Positions 35,090-46,104 are shown, counted from the stretch's first letter. The stretch is 50,397 nt of DNA from Acidobacteriota bacterium (GCA_051001345.1 JBPCNK010000126.1:1-50397), one strand, 5' to 3'. A program made the numbers and translations. The notes: generated from the sequence alone by a model not told the origin.

Positions 35090-35111
35090 TTGACTCTATA
35101 CGTGGGTATGG
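35090..35111 (+). promoter_or_regulatory. Orphan third copy of the MerR operator (TTGACT plus dyad), -10 box lost
   Basis: TTGACT CTATAC GTGG GTATGG on the plus strand matches the -35/dyad of 8824-8855 and 8025-8056. Similarity stops after the dyad, where TGGCAA replaces TAGAxT. Confidence 0.5.
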
Positions 35112-35150
35112 GGCTTGGCAACCAGCAGCAAAATCAGGAACGAGTAACGC

Positions 35151-35678
35151 TTATTCATTGGAACCCTCCGTTCTTTTGTAACAGGTTGAATTCAAACTAC
35201 CGGCGCCTATGACCAGCGCGCGGGTGAGAAACAGAACAAAGGCAGGTACAAACACCCACTGGGCTGCAGGCGCCAGCCCCACACCAATAACAGGTAACGT
35301 TGGCATCCCGCTTCCGTAAGCCCAATCTCCACGTTGCAGGTGATAGTTTTCAAGCACCACCGTAAGAAGAACCCCGAGCCCTATGTACGCCAAAACTTGA
35401 AGGCCTGTTGGACTCTGGATCCATCCGCGGGATCTGGCGTACAGCGAAACCAGCCAGTAGATGGCCACCAGCATGAGGCCATCTCGGACGGCAAAATTCA
35501 GGCACATGATCGTACCTTCCCACTGAGTCATTCCGGCGACCACGACAAATAGTGGTTTTTGGAGCACCTCCCACATAAAATTGAATGGAATGCCTAAGAG
35601 CGCCAGGTACAGTTCAGGAGTCGTCAGGACCCTGGAAAGAGCCTCTCGGGCCATCTTCAAAGTACCGTCAGAGATCAT
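35151..35678 (-). CDS. Hypothetical integral membrane protein
   Basis: 175 aa with about 5 hydrophobic segments. Its start overlaps the ATPase stop by 11 nt (or an alternative ATG at 35654). No family was recognised. Confidence 0.55.
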   Translation of the reverse strand: MISDGTLKMAREALSRVLTTPELYLALLGIPFNFMWEVLQKPLFVVVAGMTQWEGTIMCLNFAVRDGLMLVAIYWLVSLYARSRGWIQSPTGLQVLAYIGLGVLLTVVLENYHLQRGDWAYGSGMPTLPVIGVGLAPAAQWVFVPAFVLFLTRALVIGAGSLNSTCYKRTEGSNE

Positions 35679-37617
35679 GAATTACTTTGGGAGGAAAGGC
35701 GGCCCGCAAGGCGTTTAGCACGGCCAGAACGTCGATGACTTCCTGGGTGATGGCGCCGCTCACCGGACTTAAATGGCCGGTGGCTGCGAAGACCATGCCG
35801 ATGACGCTCAGCGCCATGCCACCCACCGCGCTCTGGAGGGCGATAAATCTCATCCGGCGGCTGATATGCATGAACTCGTCCACCTTTTTGAGGGAGTTAT
35901 CCATGACCACGACGCCAGCCGCTTCCGCGGTCACGTCGCTGTTCTGTCCGATCGCCATGCCGACCGTGGCGGCCATCATGGCCGGGGCGTCGTTGATGCC
36001 ATCCCCCACGTAAAGCGTTTTGGCGGCGGCTGTTTCCTTGCGGACAATGGCAAGTTTATCTTCAGGACTCTTCTGGGCGCAGATTTCGGTGATGCCCACC
36101 TGCTCGGCGAGGTAGCGCACCTCCGACTCGCGATCTCCCGACACGATCATCACGCGCGCGAAGTGATGCTTCGGTCCCAAGTGGCTCACAAAGGAGCGGC
36201 TCTCCGCGCGCGGCGCATCCCGAAAGCGCAAGGCTGCCGCGTAGCGCTGGTCAATCGCTACCACGCACTCGAGTCCACCGGCGACCGGAGGAAGCTGATC
36301 GCCACCCGCAACCTGTTGTGCGCCGAGCTGGCTGCGGCTGGTGACTTGCACCTGGCGACCGGAAACGGTTCCGCGCAGCCCCTGGCCGGACGGCTCGCTC
36401 ACCTCGGTGGCCTCCGGTAGTTGGAGCGCATCCTCCTTCGCCGCCGCGAGGATGGCTCGGGCCAGCGGATGCTTGGAGTAGCGCTCCAGACTCGCCACGA
36501 GGGTCAGCACCTCCCGTTGCGCAAAGCCAGGGGCGATGAGCTGTTCCGTCAGCTTTGGCTCACCATAAGTGAGCGTCCCGGTCTTGTCGAAAATCGCGGT
36601 CCGACACTCGGCGATCTGCTCGAGCACAACGGGGCTTTTGACGATAATCGCCCGGCGGGCGCAGAGGGAAATCGAACCGATGATGGCGATGGGAATGGCG
36701 AGAAGCAAAGGGCAAGGCGTGGCGATGACCAACACCGCAAGGAAACGAATGGATTCACCACTGATCACCCAGGCTACAAGGGCCACGGTAAGGGCCACCG
36801 GAGTGTAAATGGCCCCCAGTTGATCGCCCAGCCGCCGCAACTGCGGTCGCTTGGCTTCGGACTCACGCATGACTTCCATGATCTTTGCGTAGCGCGAATC
36901 GGCGGCGCGCTTGGTCGTTCGGATGGTCAGAGCCGATTCTCCGTTGATCGCGCCCGAGATCACCGTCGAGCCGGAGGTCTTGGTAATCTGGAACGGCTCG
37001 CCCGTCAGGTAGGATTCATCCATCACGCCATGTCCCTCAATCACCACGCCGTCCACCGGGCAGATGTCATGCGGATAAATCACGAGCGTGTCGCCCACGG
37101 CAACCTCATGCAGCGCCACATCCACGATTTCAGATTCCCGTTTCCGGTGGGCCATCGAAGGCATCCGTTTGGCCAGCGCGGCCAGCACCGAAGAGGCGCT
37201 GCGCAACGCGTAAGTCTCCAACGCTCCACCTCCGGAGAGCATTAAAACGATAATCGAGCCAGCCAGGTATTCGCCCAACAGGATGGAAGTAATGATGGAA
37301 ATACCGCCCAGCAAATCGGAACCAAATTCCCGCTTCAGGAGCTTCAAAACCAGGTCAAAGAGAAGCGGCAGGCCGCCGAGAGCGAGCGTCGCGAGCAAGG
37401 GAATCTGGTAAGTGCCCGGAGTGGTGTGGAAAGCGAAGCGGAGCACCAGATGCAAAAAAATGGCCACTATGGAAAGCGCCGCGATGACCGTGGTCCTGCG
37501 TTGCCAGAGACCGGACGGCGAATTCCAGGACTGACCGGGCGGCGGCTCTTGACTCAGCTTGAGCTCCGCCCGCTTCTCCGAGCCGCTGGCGGGTCGATGT
37601 TCCGAGATGGTCTTCAT
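35668..37617 (-). CDS. P1B-type heavy-metal ATPase with a TPCP transmembrane motif and no N-terminal HMA domain
   Basis: Motifs [26 protein letters not shown] and [13 protein letters not shown]. The start was taken as MKTISEH (37617), because the longer ORF to 37719 would overlap ackA. Confidence 0.85.
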   Translation of the reverse strand: MKTISEHRPASGSEKRAELKLSQEPPPGQSWNSPSGLWQRRTTVIAALSIVAIFLHLVLRFAFHTTPGTYQIPLLATLALGGLPLLFDLVLKLLKREFGSDLLGGISIITSILLGEYLAGSIIVLMLSGGGALETYALRSASSVLAALAKRMPSMAHRKRESEIVDVALHEVAVGDTLVIYPHDICPVDGVVIEGHGVMDESYLTGEPFQITKTSGSTVISGAINGESALTIRTTKRAADSRYAKIMEVMRESEAKRPQLRRLGDQLGAIYTPVALTVALVAWVISGESIRFLAVLVIATPCPLLLAIPIAIIGSISLCARRAIIVKSPVVLEQIAECRTAIFDKTGTLTYGEPKLTEQLIAPGFAQREVLTLVASLERYSKHPLARAILAAAKEDALQLPEATEVSEPSGQGLRGTVSGRQVQVTSRSQLGAQQVAGGDQLPPVAGGLECVVAIDQRYAAALRFRDAPRAESRSFVSHLGPKHHFARVMIVSGDRESEVRYLAEQVGITEICAQKSPEDKLAIVRKETAAAKTLYVGDGINDAPAMMAATVGMAIGQNSDVTAEAAGVVVMDNSLKKVDEFMHISRRMRFIALQSAVGGMALSVIGMVFAATGHLSPVSGAITQEVIDVLAVLNALRAAFPPKVIHDL

Positions 37618-37666
37618 AGACGTCGGTTCCGGCCGCCGGCCGTCGGGCAGTGAGCATCGTGCATTG

Positions 37667-38902
37667 TCAGAGGTTACAAAATTGCTCATAGGTTGACCAG
37701 GCAATCTCCCGTTCTTCATCCGTCGGAATCACCCATATTTGTACTACACTGCCCTCCACGCTTATCTGCATTGCTGCGCGCCCGCTTGCTGCTCGATTAC
37801 GTTCATCTTCTAAACGTAATCCGAGAAACTCCAGTCTCCGGCAGATGCGGCTGCGCATGGAAGCGGAATGCTCACCAATGCCGCCGGTGAAAGCGACCGC
37901 ATCCAGTCCTTCCAGTGCCGCGGCAAACGCGCCAATGTACTTACAGGTGCGGTAAGCGAAGATCTCCAGCGCCAGTTCCGCGCGCTTGTCTTGCTCTAGC
38001 GCCGCTTGTTCCAAGTCGCGTAGATCTGCGCTCAGCCCTGACAGACCGCGCAGTCCGCTTTGGTGATTCAGCAGGTCGTCCACTGCAGCCGCTGTCATGC
38101 CGGCCGTGCGGATGAGGAACAGGACGAGACCGGGATCAACATCGCCGGAGCGCGTGCTCATGACTAACCCTTCAAGCGGCGTGAACCCCATGCTGGTGTC
38201 GATACTCTGGCCATCACGCACTGCACAGACGCTCGCGCCGCTTCCGAGATGACAGGTAATGATTTTGGTTCCTTTCGCGCCCCGCCCCAGACGCTGTATC
38301 AGCCGCTCGGACACGTAAGCGTGCGAGATGCCGTGAAAGCCGTAGCGGCGCAAACCGTAGCGGGCGCAAAGTTCAACCGGCAGGGCATAGGTGCGAGCAA
38401 CTTCCGGTAGTGTCTGGTGGAAGGCTGTGTCGAAGACTGCTATCACCGGAGTACCAGGCAGCGATTGCTGTACCTGTTCAATCACAGCTACGTCCGCAGG
38501 GATGTGCAGCGGAGCCAACTCTTTCAAGGCGCGGAGTTCGTCAAGCATAGAAGCTGTGACGCGCGTCGGATTCACAAGCCTTGAGCCCCCATGCACAACG
38601 CGACACCCGACAGCATCAATCGCCGTCGGTGTTTGGGTGTTCTCGCCGACATGAGCAACAAGGCGGCGGAGAACTTGTTCCACAGCTTGCACCTGCGTGG
38701 TCACTTCAACCGGCTCGATCATCGGCTTCAGCTTCGTCACAAATATCTTAAGTCTGGATTGCGGTGCTCCTATCGACTCGACGATCCCGTTCGCTAAAAC
38801 CGTTGCCGAATCCGTTGTCGTAAATGCCTTGCTCGAATCGGGCATCTGATACAAGCCGAACTTCAGCGTGGCGCTGCCGGGGTTGAGAACCAGAATATTC
38901 AC
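37667..38902 (-). CDS. ackA: Acetate kinase
   Basis: [18 protein letters not shown]..., RVVHGG, FHGISH and HLGSGASV are conserved acetate/propionate kinase motifs. Confidence 0.9.
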   Translation of the reverse strand: MNILVLNPGSATLKFGLYQMPDSSKAFTTTDSATVLANGIVESIGAPQSRLKIFVTKLKPMIEPVEVTTQVQAVEQVLRRLVAHVGENTQTPTAIDAVGCRVVHGGSRLVNPTRVTASMLDELRALKELAPLHIPADVAVIEQVQQSLPGTPVIAVFDTAFHQTLPEVARTYALPVELCARYGLRRYGFHGISHAYVSERLIQRLGRGAKGTKIITCHLGSGASVCAVRDGQSIDTSMGFTPLEGLVMSTRSGDVDPGLVLFLIRTAGMTAAAVDDLLNHQSGLRGLSGLSADLRDLEQAALEQDKRAELALEIFAYRTCKYIGAFAAALEGLDAVAFTGGIGEHSASMRSRICRRLEFLGLRLEDERNRAASGRAAMQISVEGSVVQIWVIPTDEEREIAWSTYEQFCNL

Positions 38903-38979
38903 TCCATCAAATTCCTATGCTATCGCTTCAGGAGAGGGGTGCGCGGTAGGCCAACTCGTGCTGATACCCGACGCCGGCT

Positions 38980-41370
38980 TTAGTACGGCCACTTCCAGTC
39001 GCGAACCTCGGGCATGTCATCACCGTACTTACAAATGTACTGCGTATGTTCGAGAAGCTTATCGCGCATCGCCCGCTTGACGTGTGCAACCTTGGATCCC
39101 AAACTCGGTACGCGATCAATCACATCTTCGACCAGATGGAAGCGGTCGAGATCGTTCAGCACCGTCATGTCGAACGGTGTGGTGGTCGTCCCCTCTTCTT
39201 TGTATCCGCGTACATGAAGGTTCTTGTGGTTCGTCCGGCGGTAGGTCAGCCGGTGGATCAACCATGGGTAACCGTGAAAAGCAAAGAGAATCGGTTTGTC
39301 GGTCGTGAAGAGAGAATCGAAGTCTTTATCAGACAATCCGTGCGAATGTTCGCTCGCGGGTTGGAGCGTCATCAAATCAACGACATTGACCACGCGAACC
39401 TTCAAATCCGGAACATGCTGGCGGAGAAGATCCACGGCGGCGAGTGTCTCCAGCGTCGGAACGTCGCCGGCGCATGCCATCACCACATCAGGTTCCGCAC
39501 CCTGATCATTGCTCGCCCATTCCCAGATGCCTATGCCGGCAGTGGTGTGTTTGACCGCCGCGTCCATGTCGAGGTACTGCAGCGCGGGCTGCTTGCCGGC
39601 GACAATGACATTGACATAGTGGCGGCTCCGCAAACAATGATCGGTCACGGAAAGCAGCGTATTGGCGTCGGGTGGAAGATAAACGCGGACTACCTCCGCT
39701 TTCTTATTGACGACATGGTCTATGAAGCCGGGGTCCTGGTGGCTGAAGCCGTTGTGATCCTGCCGCCAGACGTGTGAAGTGAGCAGGTAGTTGAGCGAGG
39801 CAATCGGGCGACGCCACGGAATGTGTCGGGTGGTCTTCAGCCACTTGGCGTGCTGGTTGAACATTGAATCAACGATGTGGATGAAGGCCTCGTAACAGTT
39901 GAAGAGTCCGTGACGGCCTGTCAGAAGGTAGCCTTCGAGCCAGCCCTGACAAAGGTGCTCGCTCAGAACTTCCATCACCCGGCCATCGGGCGATAGATGA
40001 TCGTCGCTGTCTAGGATCGTGGCCGTAGAGACACGGTCGGTCACTTCAAAGAGCGCGTCCAGACGGTTCGAGGCAGTTTCGTCCGGCCCCATCACGCGGA
40101 AATTCCGGCTGTCGACGTTGCGCTTCATCACGTCGCGCAAGAAGCGTCCCATCACGCGAGTGGCTTCCGCTTTGACCGTCCCCGGTTTGGGAACGTTAAC
40201 GACATAGTCGCGGAAATCCGGAAGCTTCAAATCTCTGAGCAGCAGCCCGCCGTTGGCATGAGGGTTAGCCCCCATCCGGCGTTCGCCCCGCGGGGCCAGT
40301 TCCGCCAGATCCGGCAGCAGGCGCCCGTTTTCATCGAACAGTTCTTCGGGCTTGTAGCTCCGCATCCAGTCTTCCAGCATCTTCAGGTGCTCGGGCTTGT
40401 TCGCCAACTCGGCCAGCGGGACCTGATGTGAGCGGAACGAGTTCTCAGCCGGTAAGCCGTCCACGACCTTTGGCCCAGTCCATCCTTTCGGCGAGCGCAG
40501 AACGATCATCGGCCACTGTGGGCGCTGCGAGAACCCGTTGTCACGCGCCTCGCGCTGAATCGTTTGAATCTCGGCGAGCACGGCGTCCAGAGTTCCGCCC
40601 ATCAGTTGATGCATCGTTTCGGGATCGTCGCCCGCGACGAAGTACGGTTTGTGACCATAGCCGGTCAGGAGGCTCGCGAGTTCTTCGTCGCTTAACCGCG
40701 CCAGCACGGTCGGGTTGGCAATCTTGTAGCCGTTCAAGTGCAGGATGGGAAGGACGGCTCCGTCATGCACGGGGTTCAGGAATTTGTTGGAGTGCCAACT
40801 GGCCGCCAGCGGCCCGGTCTCCGCTTCACCGTCGCCGATGACGCACGCTGCCAGCAAACCGGGATTGTCGAAGACCGCGCCGTAAGCATGCATCAGCGAG
40901 TAACCCAATTCGCCGCCTTCGTTAATCGAACCGGGAGTCTCAGGGGAGGCGTGACTGGGAATACCGCCGGGAAACGAAAATTGGGTGAACAGCTTTCCCA
41001 GCCCTTCGGCATCCTGCGAGATGTTGGGATAAAACTCGCTGTAGGTTCCTTCCAGATAGGTATTGGCAACCATGCCAGGGCCACCGTGGCCGGGGCCGCA
41101 AATATAAATCACGTTCAGGTCATGCTTCTTGATCAGACGATTCAGGTGGACATAAATAAAATTCAGCCCCGGCGTCGTCCCCCAATGGCCGAGCAGCCTG
41201 CGCTTGACGTGCTCGATCTTCAGGGGCTCGCGCAGTAGTGGATTGTCGTAAAGGTAAATCTGCCCGAACGAGAGGTAGTTTGCAGCACGCCAGTAGGCGT
41301 TCATCCGTCGCAGCTCTTCCGCGTTCAGTGGTTGTGCTTCTTTCATCTCAACGACAGCCATTTTCGTCAT
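38980..41370 (-). CDS. xfp: Phosphoketolase (xylulose-5-P/fructose-6-P)
   Basis: About 796 aa. [33 protein letters not shown] and EGGELGY are classic XFP signatures. The start ATG is ambiguous (41370, 41361 or 41346). Confidence 0.9.
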   Translation of the reverse strand: MTKMAVVEMKEAQPLNAEELRRMNAYWRAANYLSFGQIYLYDNPLLREPLKIEHVKRRLLGHWGTTPGLNFIYVHLNRLIKKHDLNVIYICGPGHGGPGMVANTYLEGTYSEFYPNISQDAEGLGKLFTQFSFPGGIPSHASPETPGSINEGGELGYSLMHAYGAVFDNPGLLAACVIGDGEAETGPLAASWHSNKFLNPVHDGAVLPILHLNGYKIANPTVLARLSDEELASLLTGYGHKPYFVAGDDPETMHQLMGGTLDAVLAEIQTIQREARDNGFSQRPQWPMIVLRSPKGWTGPKVVDGLPAENSFRSHQVPLAELANKPEHLKMLEDWMRSYKPEELFDENGRLLPDLAELAPRGERRMGANPHANGGLLLRDLKLPDFRDYVVNVPKPGTVKAEATRVMGRFLRDVMKRNVDSRNFRVMGPDETASNRLDALFEVTDRVSTATILDSDDHLSPDGRVMEVLSEHLCQGWLEGYLLTGRHGLFNCYEAFIHIVDSMFNQHAKWLKTTRHIPWRRPIASLNYLLTSHVWRQDHNGFSHQDPGFIDHVVNKKAEVVRVYLPPDANTLLSVTDHCLRSRHYVNVIVAGKQPALQYLDMDAAVKHTTAGIGIWEWASNDQGAEPDVVMACAGDVPTLETLAAVDLLRQHVPDLKVRVVNVVDLMTLQPASEHSHGLSDKDFDSLFTTDKPILFAFHGYPWLIHRLTYRRTNHKNLHVRGYKEEGTTTTPFDMTVLNDLDRFHLVEDVIDRVPSLGSKVAHVKRAMRDKLLEHTQYICKYGDDMPEVRDWKWPY

Positions 41371-41515
41371 CACTTGAGTTTTTTGTATCCTCAACCACAG
41401 GCGCACAGCCGCAGGCTGAATCGCGTATCGCTCGCGCCGCGTGTGCCGCCGTGTCTTGCGGCGTACAGCACGAAGACGCTTCGATTGGCTTCATCACATC
41501 ACTACAACAACTCAT
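41348..41515 (-). CDS. 55-aa Cys-rich micro-protein
   Basis: Strong GGGAGG SD 8 nt upstream of ATG 41515. Translation: [55 protein letters not shown] (7 Cys). The track ORF starts 15 codons further upstream, without an SD. Confidence 0.45.
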   Translation of the reverse strand: MSCCSDVMKPIEASSCCTPQDTAAHAARAIRDSACGCAPVVEDTKNSSDDENGCR

Positions 41516-41691
41516 TGTCTTTTCCTCCCTCAGTCTTTGAGATCGAAATTCAATCAACAAGGCGCTGGGCGCAACGGAGCATCATCTCACAAGTCGATTT
41601 CTGTTGGCGTGGTCGCCTCCTTCGTCAAGCGAGTGATTCTCCATCGCGCGGCCGGAGAATCCAGGCGCAGTGAGCTGTCTCACGGGAAAGC

Positions 41692-43155
41692 CTACTCAAA
41701 CTCCGGTGCTTTGCCCCCTTCGAGTCCTTTCAATTCAACTCCGCGCCCAAGCTCGGCCCGACCGGGCTCGAAGAAAGACACCGGTGCTCCGAATCCGTCT
41801 CCGAGCAGGAAACCTTGAATGGGAACCACGGCCTCCCACGCGCTTTCCAACGCCGCGACATATTGTTCGTTGAGCTTCAGGAGGTTCCGGCGCGCGATCA
41901 ACACCTGCGGGTAGGCGGCCGTCATTTCTCCAAATCGCGCCTGATAAAGCCGGTGGGACTCCTCGGCACGCGGAAGCAGGTCTCGTTTGTAGGACTCAGC
42001 AATTTGGCGCGCCGACGCATATTGGGCAAAGGCCTCTCCGAAGCGCGCGCGAAGTGAGAGCTCCAGACGGCGGGTTTCCTGCTCCGCCGACGAAAGTTCG
42101 CCCATAGCGGCGGCGATGTTTCCCTGGTTTCGGTTGAAAATCGGCAACTGAATCCCCACATCCGCGAAGCCTTCCCAGCCCACCGGCTTCAGACCGAGTT
42201 CGAGCAGTTCCCGATTGTATCGAAGGCCTCCTCGTACCTCGAGGTCAGGAATGCGCGCTGCACGCGCCGCCGAAACTGCGGCTCGCCCGCGCTCGACTCC
42301 CGCCTGCACGATCAACAGCTCCGGACTGGCGCGGAGTATTTCGCGCAGCGCTGCGTTCTCATCCAGGGCGGGAACGTCATCGAGCGCGCCGGCCAGCGGT
42401 ACAGGGCTCATGTCCGGATCGCCCAGAATGGCCGTGAGCTGTCGCCAGATGCGGCCGTATTCGTGGCGCGCTACATCGAGACCGAGCCGCATCTGCTGCC
42501 CTTCGATTTCGGACTCGAGAACATCAGGCCGGTCGGACTGACCCACGTTGTAGAGTCCGTGGGATGTCTGCACGGCTTCATCGGCAAGCTGCGCCAGGTG
42601 CCGGCGGATTTCAATCCGCCGCTGGGCAGCCAATGCCTGGTAATAGAATTGCCGGACGCTATTGCTGACGCGCAGCCGCTGCGCCTGCAACTCCGCCTCG
42701 GCCTGGGCCAGCTCCTGCGAGAATACCTGGCGATTTTTTCCGAGCTTCCCACCCAGAACGATCCGCTGGTCTACAAAAAAACCATGCTCTCCGCCCCGGA
42801 TGATGGGGCCCGGAGAGATTTCGTCGCCTGTATAGCCCACGGTAGGATTCGGGTAGAGTCCCGCCTGCCTGACACGCCCTCGTGCAGCCTGGACGTTAGC
42901 TTCGGCCTGCTTCAGTGTCGGGTTGTTTTGTGTCGCGATTCGTTCAAGCTCGAACAACGACAACCCACCATGCTGCCGTGGCTCCACGATCCCGTCGCGG
43001 GTCTGCAGGGGCGCCAGCGCGGAAGGCGTTGGAGTCTGGTCAGAAGGCGCAGGCGGTTTTTGAGGCGGAGGCTGTTGCTGGGGATTCTGCGCCCACAAGC
43101 TGCTTGAAGTGAAGCAGAACAGGAATAAAAGTGTTATCGCTTTTTCTCTCGACAT
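41692..43155 (-). CDS. TolC-family outer membrane protein (no RND partner adjacent)
   Basis: GAGGTG SD before ATG 43155, signal peptide MSREKAITLLFLFCFTSSSLWAQ, a Pro/Gln-rich linker, and TolC repeats (RIVLGGKLGKNR, LPIFNRNQGNI). Confidence 0.8.
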   Translation of the reverse strand: MSREKAITLLFLFCFTSSSLWAQNPQQQPPPQKPPAPSDQTPTPSALAPLQTRDGIVEPRQHGGLSLFELERIATQNNPTLKQAEANVQAARGRVRQAGLYPNPTVGYTGDEISPGPIIRGGEHGFFVDQRIVLGGKLGKNRQVFSQELAQAEAELQAQRLRVSNSVRQFYYQALAAQRRIEIRRHLAQLADEAVQTSHGLYNVGQSDRPDVLESEIEGQQMRLGLDVARHEYGRIWRQLTAILGDPDMSPVPLAGALDDVPALDENAALREILRASPELLIVQAGVERGRAAVSAARAARIPDLEVRGGLRYNRELLELGLKPVGWEGFADVGIQLPIFNRNQGNIAAAMGELSSAEQETRRLELSLRARFGEAFAQYASARQIAESYKRDLLPRAEESHRLYQARFGEMTAAYPQVLIARRNLLKLNEQYVAALESAWEAVVPIQGFLLGDGFGAPVSFFEPGRAELGRGVELKGLEGGKAPEFE

Positions 43156-43165
43156 TGGGAGCACC

Positions 43166-44728
43166 TCAGGGATGTTTGTGCTGTGCGGGTTTGCGAGGAT
43201 TGCCTTTCCAGTTCTCCTTGAGGCGCTGGATCTCATCGTACTTCTCAGGCGTGAGAACTCGAATCATCGTCATCATTCCCATCATTCCGCCCGTCCATCC
43301 GGGGCGTAAGCCATGCGTTTCGGGTTTGGCCACGGCGTCGTCCATGACCATAAACATGTCCTGCGGAAACCCCGGAACGAGTTTCGACTGCTGGGGCATC
43401 TGCTGGCCTGGGGCCCGGTGTTGCGCGTGTGGGTCTTGCTGAACGGCGTTTTGCTGGGGCTGGGGTGACAAACTCTGGCCCTGGATCTGCACCCCCGAAG
43501 TAGTGACACCGAGATTCGTTACCCGCTCCTCTGCCGTGCTGCCGACACCCAGGCCGCGACCCAGGCTGGGCCCGTTATTTTCGGAGAGAGCATGGCCTTC
43601 GCGAATCACTCCCATCCCTTCTTCCATGCCCAAGCCGGCCGGCATACCGCCGTTGGCGTGCACCATGCCGACCATCGAAGCCATGGCATTCATCATGTGA
43701 TGCGGCAAATGGCAGTGCAGCATCCAGTCCCCTGGATTTTTGGCCTCAAACTCAAAGTCCCGAGCCTGTGCGACTCCAAGAAGAGTCGTGTTGCCGGGGA
43801 ACCACCCCGATTGAGGAATCCGGCCGCCCTCCGTGCCGGTTACGTAGAACGTATTTCCGTGCAGGTGAATGGGATGGTGCGTCATGCTGAGGTTGACCAG
43901 ACGCACGCGTACGCGTTCGCCCAGTTTCACAAGAAGCGGTGTGGTGTCGGGCCCCGCCCTCCCATTAATCGTGAGCCAGTTGAATTCCATCGACATCGTG
44001 TTCGGGATCGTGTTGTTGGGGAGGATCGCCCACTCCTGGAAGATCAATCCGAAATCGCGATCCACTCGCGGCTGGTACGGCTCTTTGGGGTGGATTACAA
44101 ACAGGCCGATCATCCCCATCATCTCCTGCATGGCCATGTGCGAGTGATAGAAGAACGTGCCGTGCTGATCGACGGTGAACTCGTACACAAAACTTCCGCC
44201 GGGAGGAATGGGATCCTGCGATATGCCGACGGCGCCATCCATTTCGATCGGCACTTCCAGACCATGCCAATGCATCGAGAAACTTTCGGGCAGGCTGTTG
44301 TGTACGACGAAGCGCAGGCGGTCTCCCTGGTCGACTTCGATCATGGGCCCCGGCATTGAACCGTTGAAACCCCAGCAATCGACAGTCTTCCCTGGCAAGA
44401 ATTCGCGTTGAACCGGTTCCGCGCTGATGTGGAAGACTTTCACACCGTTTTCGAGTTCCCAGGGCATCTTTGGCACATCGGGCGCTTCGACCAACAGGCG
44501 ATGAGCCGTGTGGTCGGCGGCAGCCATCGCGGCATGGTCATGCTCTGGCGCCGACGGGCCCGGCTTGGCTCCGGCCTTTTTTACGGGGTTTTGGGGCACC
44601 GGCTTTTTAGGCGTTGGTTTGGGCGCCGGGGCAGGCATCTTGTGACCTTCGTGCTGAGCCGCCAGGCCGGCGACACTGGCCCCGACAAGAGCGCTCCCGA
44701 CCAAAAATTTTCTTCGTGACTCGTTCAT
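43166..44728 (-). CDS. Multicopper oxidase (CopA/CueO-like) with a Tat signal and a long Met/Gln/His-rich C-terminal extension
   Basis: AAGGAG SD and SRRKFLVGSA twin-arginine signal. Copper ligand motifs HWHG, HSHM, HPIHLHG and HCHLPHHMMNAM. About 190 aa follow the last motif. Confidence 0.85.
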   Translation of the reverse strand: MNESRRKFLVGSALVGASVAGLAAQHEGHKMPAPAPKPTPKKPVPQNPVKKAGAKPGPSAPEHDHAAMAAADHTAHRLLVEAPDVPKMPWELENGVKVFHISAEPVQREFLPGKTVDCWGFNGSMPGPMIEVDQGDRLRFVVHNSLPESFSMHWHGLEVPIEMDGAVGISQDPIPPGGSFVYEFTVDQHGTFFYHSHMAMQEMMGMIGLFVIHPKEPYQPRVDRDFGLIFQEWAILPNNTIPNTMSMEFNWLTINGRAGPDTTPLLVKLGERVRVRLVNLSMTHHPIHLHGNTFYVTGTEGGRIPQSGWFPGNTTLLGVAQARDFEFEAKNPGDWMLHCHLPHHMMNAMASMVGMVHANGGMPAGLGMEEGMGVIREGHALSENNGPSLGRGLGVGSTAEERVTNLGVTTSGVQIQGQSLSPQPQQNAVQQDPHAQHRAPGQQMPQQSKLVPGFPQDMFMVMDDAVAKPETHGLRPGWTGGMMGMMTMIRVLTPEKYDEIQRLKENWKGNPRKPAQHKHP

Positions 44729-44817
44729 GGCACTCCTTCGCTTGGAAATTCCGGAAAACAAAAGCTCAAGTTAGAAACGGGACGGCGACGAGTTTGGGCG
44801 TCACCGTCCCTGGTCAT

Positions 44818-44982
44818 TCAATTCCGGCACTCCGGATGACCACACTGGCATTTACCAGGATTTGGCGTGGCGCCCGCACGGGAGCAATGATCACAGCAAT
44901 AGGTTTTGCCGTCCTTTGACACGCCTTTGCCTTGATCGACTTTGCACTTGCATCCCGAATGGGCGCAGTTTTCATGAGCCAT
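44818..44982 (-). CDS. bmtA: SmtA/BmtA-type bacterial metallothionein (54 aa, not in the ORF track)
   Basis: GGAGGTG SD. Manual translation: MAHENCAHSGCKCKVDQGKGVSKDGKTYCCDHCSRAGATPNPGKCQCGHPECRN, with 9 Cys and 4 His. The C-x-C-x-V-D...G-x-x-Y-C-C-x-x-C layout resembles SmtA. Confidence 0.7.
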   Translation of the reverse strand: MAHENCAHSGCKCKVDQGKGVSKDGKTYCCDHCSRAGATPNPGKCQCGHPECRN

Positions 44983-45033
44983 CGCTACTCACCTCCTTTC
45001 CGGGAAGGCATTGACCTCCTTCCGTATTTGTTC

Positions 45034-45387
45034 TCAGTGCTGGTGCGGAACCGCCTTACTCTGCGCCGCCTTTGCCTTCTTGCCCTTGGCTGCAACCGCA
45101 CCGAAGTGAACCTTGGTGGCTGTCAGCATGTCCTTGCCTTCGGCTTCGACGACAACTCGGGCCCCCACTTTGAGGTCTGCCATCGACGCAGTCCCGGAAT
45201 CGCGGTGGTACTTTGTGCTGTCGTTGACCATCACTTTTACGGTCTTGCCTTCCTTGGTCTTTACCGTTACATGGCTCCCGTCAAGGGCAGTGATCGTTCC
45301 CATCAGGTGATTGTGGCCTTCGTGCGCCATCAGGCTCGCAGCCAGCAAACCCAACATCGACAATGTGACAATCGTTCGCCTGAACAT
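45034..45387 (-). CDS. Periplasmic protein with an N-terminal HEGHNH motif
   Basis: AGAGGAG SD and signal peptide MFRRTIVTLSMLGLLAASLMA. The mature N-terminus is HEGHNHLMG, followed by a small beta-rich domain. Confidence 0.55.
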   Translation of the reverse strand: MFRRTIVTLSMLGLLAASLMAHEGHNHLMGTITALDGSHVTVKTKEGKTVKVMVNDSTKYHRDSGTASMADLKVGARVVVEAEGKDMLTATKVHFGAVAAKGKKAKAAQSKAVPHQH

Positions 45388-45399
45388 TTCTTGCTCCTC

Positions 45400-46014
45400 T
45401 CATTTGTGTAAGTGTTTGGAACCTGGTTTTTCCTTCTCTTCGCCCTGAAGAAACTCCTGCATTTCTTTTTCCTCGTCCAACTCCGTTTGACTTTTCGGGT
45501 TCATTTTCTTCATCTCTTCCAGTTCCGCCGGTGTCAGCCGGGGAAGCCGCCGAACAAAATGGACGAGCTTCCAACTGTCGTAATCCTCGGCCACGTTTCC
45601 ATCTCCAAAGGCCGGCATTCCGGTCAGCCGAATACCGTTATGGATGGTGTGAAACAATTCGCCATCGGAACGTGACTGCGTACCGGACAGGCGCATGTCG
45701 GGGGGCCTCGGGTATAGTCCTCGTCCGATCGGCGTCTGGCCGCTGCCGTCATTGGCGTGACAAAAGGCACAGTGGTCTGCAAAGTGGGCCATTGCCTCGG
45801 CCAGGTTCTCTTCTGTCTCCGCCACCGGGTTTTTCATGGATTGCATCCCCGTCGGCATCGACAAACTGCGTAGACTTCGCGCCACGAACCCCTCGATTGC
45901 GCTCGGTTCGGAGCGCGCGCTGAATCCGTTCTGCAGTCGCAGCCATACGGCCAGCAGCGCAACCACGAAGGCGACTGCCAACAGTAGGAGTCCTACTTTT
46001 ATTGAGCGTTTCAT
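45400..46014 (-). CDS. Membrane-anchored c-type cytochrome
   Basis: N-terminal TM helix, heme site CAFCH, and distal LTGMPAFG. Confidence 0.75.
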   Translation of the reverse strand: MKRSIKVGLLLLAVAFVVALLAVWLRLQNGFSARSEPSAIEGFVARSLRSLSMPTGMQSMKNPVAETEENLAEAMAHFADHCAFCHANDGSGQTPIGRGLYPRPPDMRLSGTQSRSDGELFHTIHNGIRLTGMPAFGDGNVAEDYDSWKLVHFVRRLPRLTPAELEEMKKMNPKSQTELDEEKEMQEFLQGEEKEKPGSKHLHK

Positions 46015-46104
46015 AAGGCTTTCCAGAAAAAGAAACTACTCGCAGAAACACAGCGCAACTTCCGGCAGACCTGGCCGGATAGAGTTGGGAGGTCTAGGAG
46101 AGAA

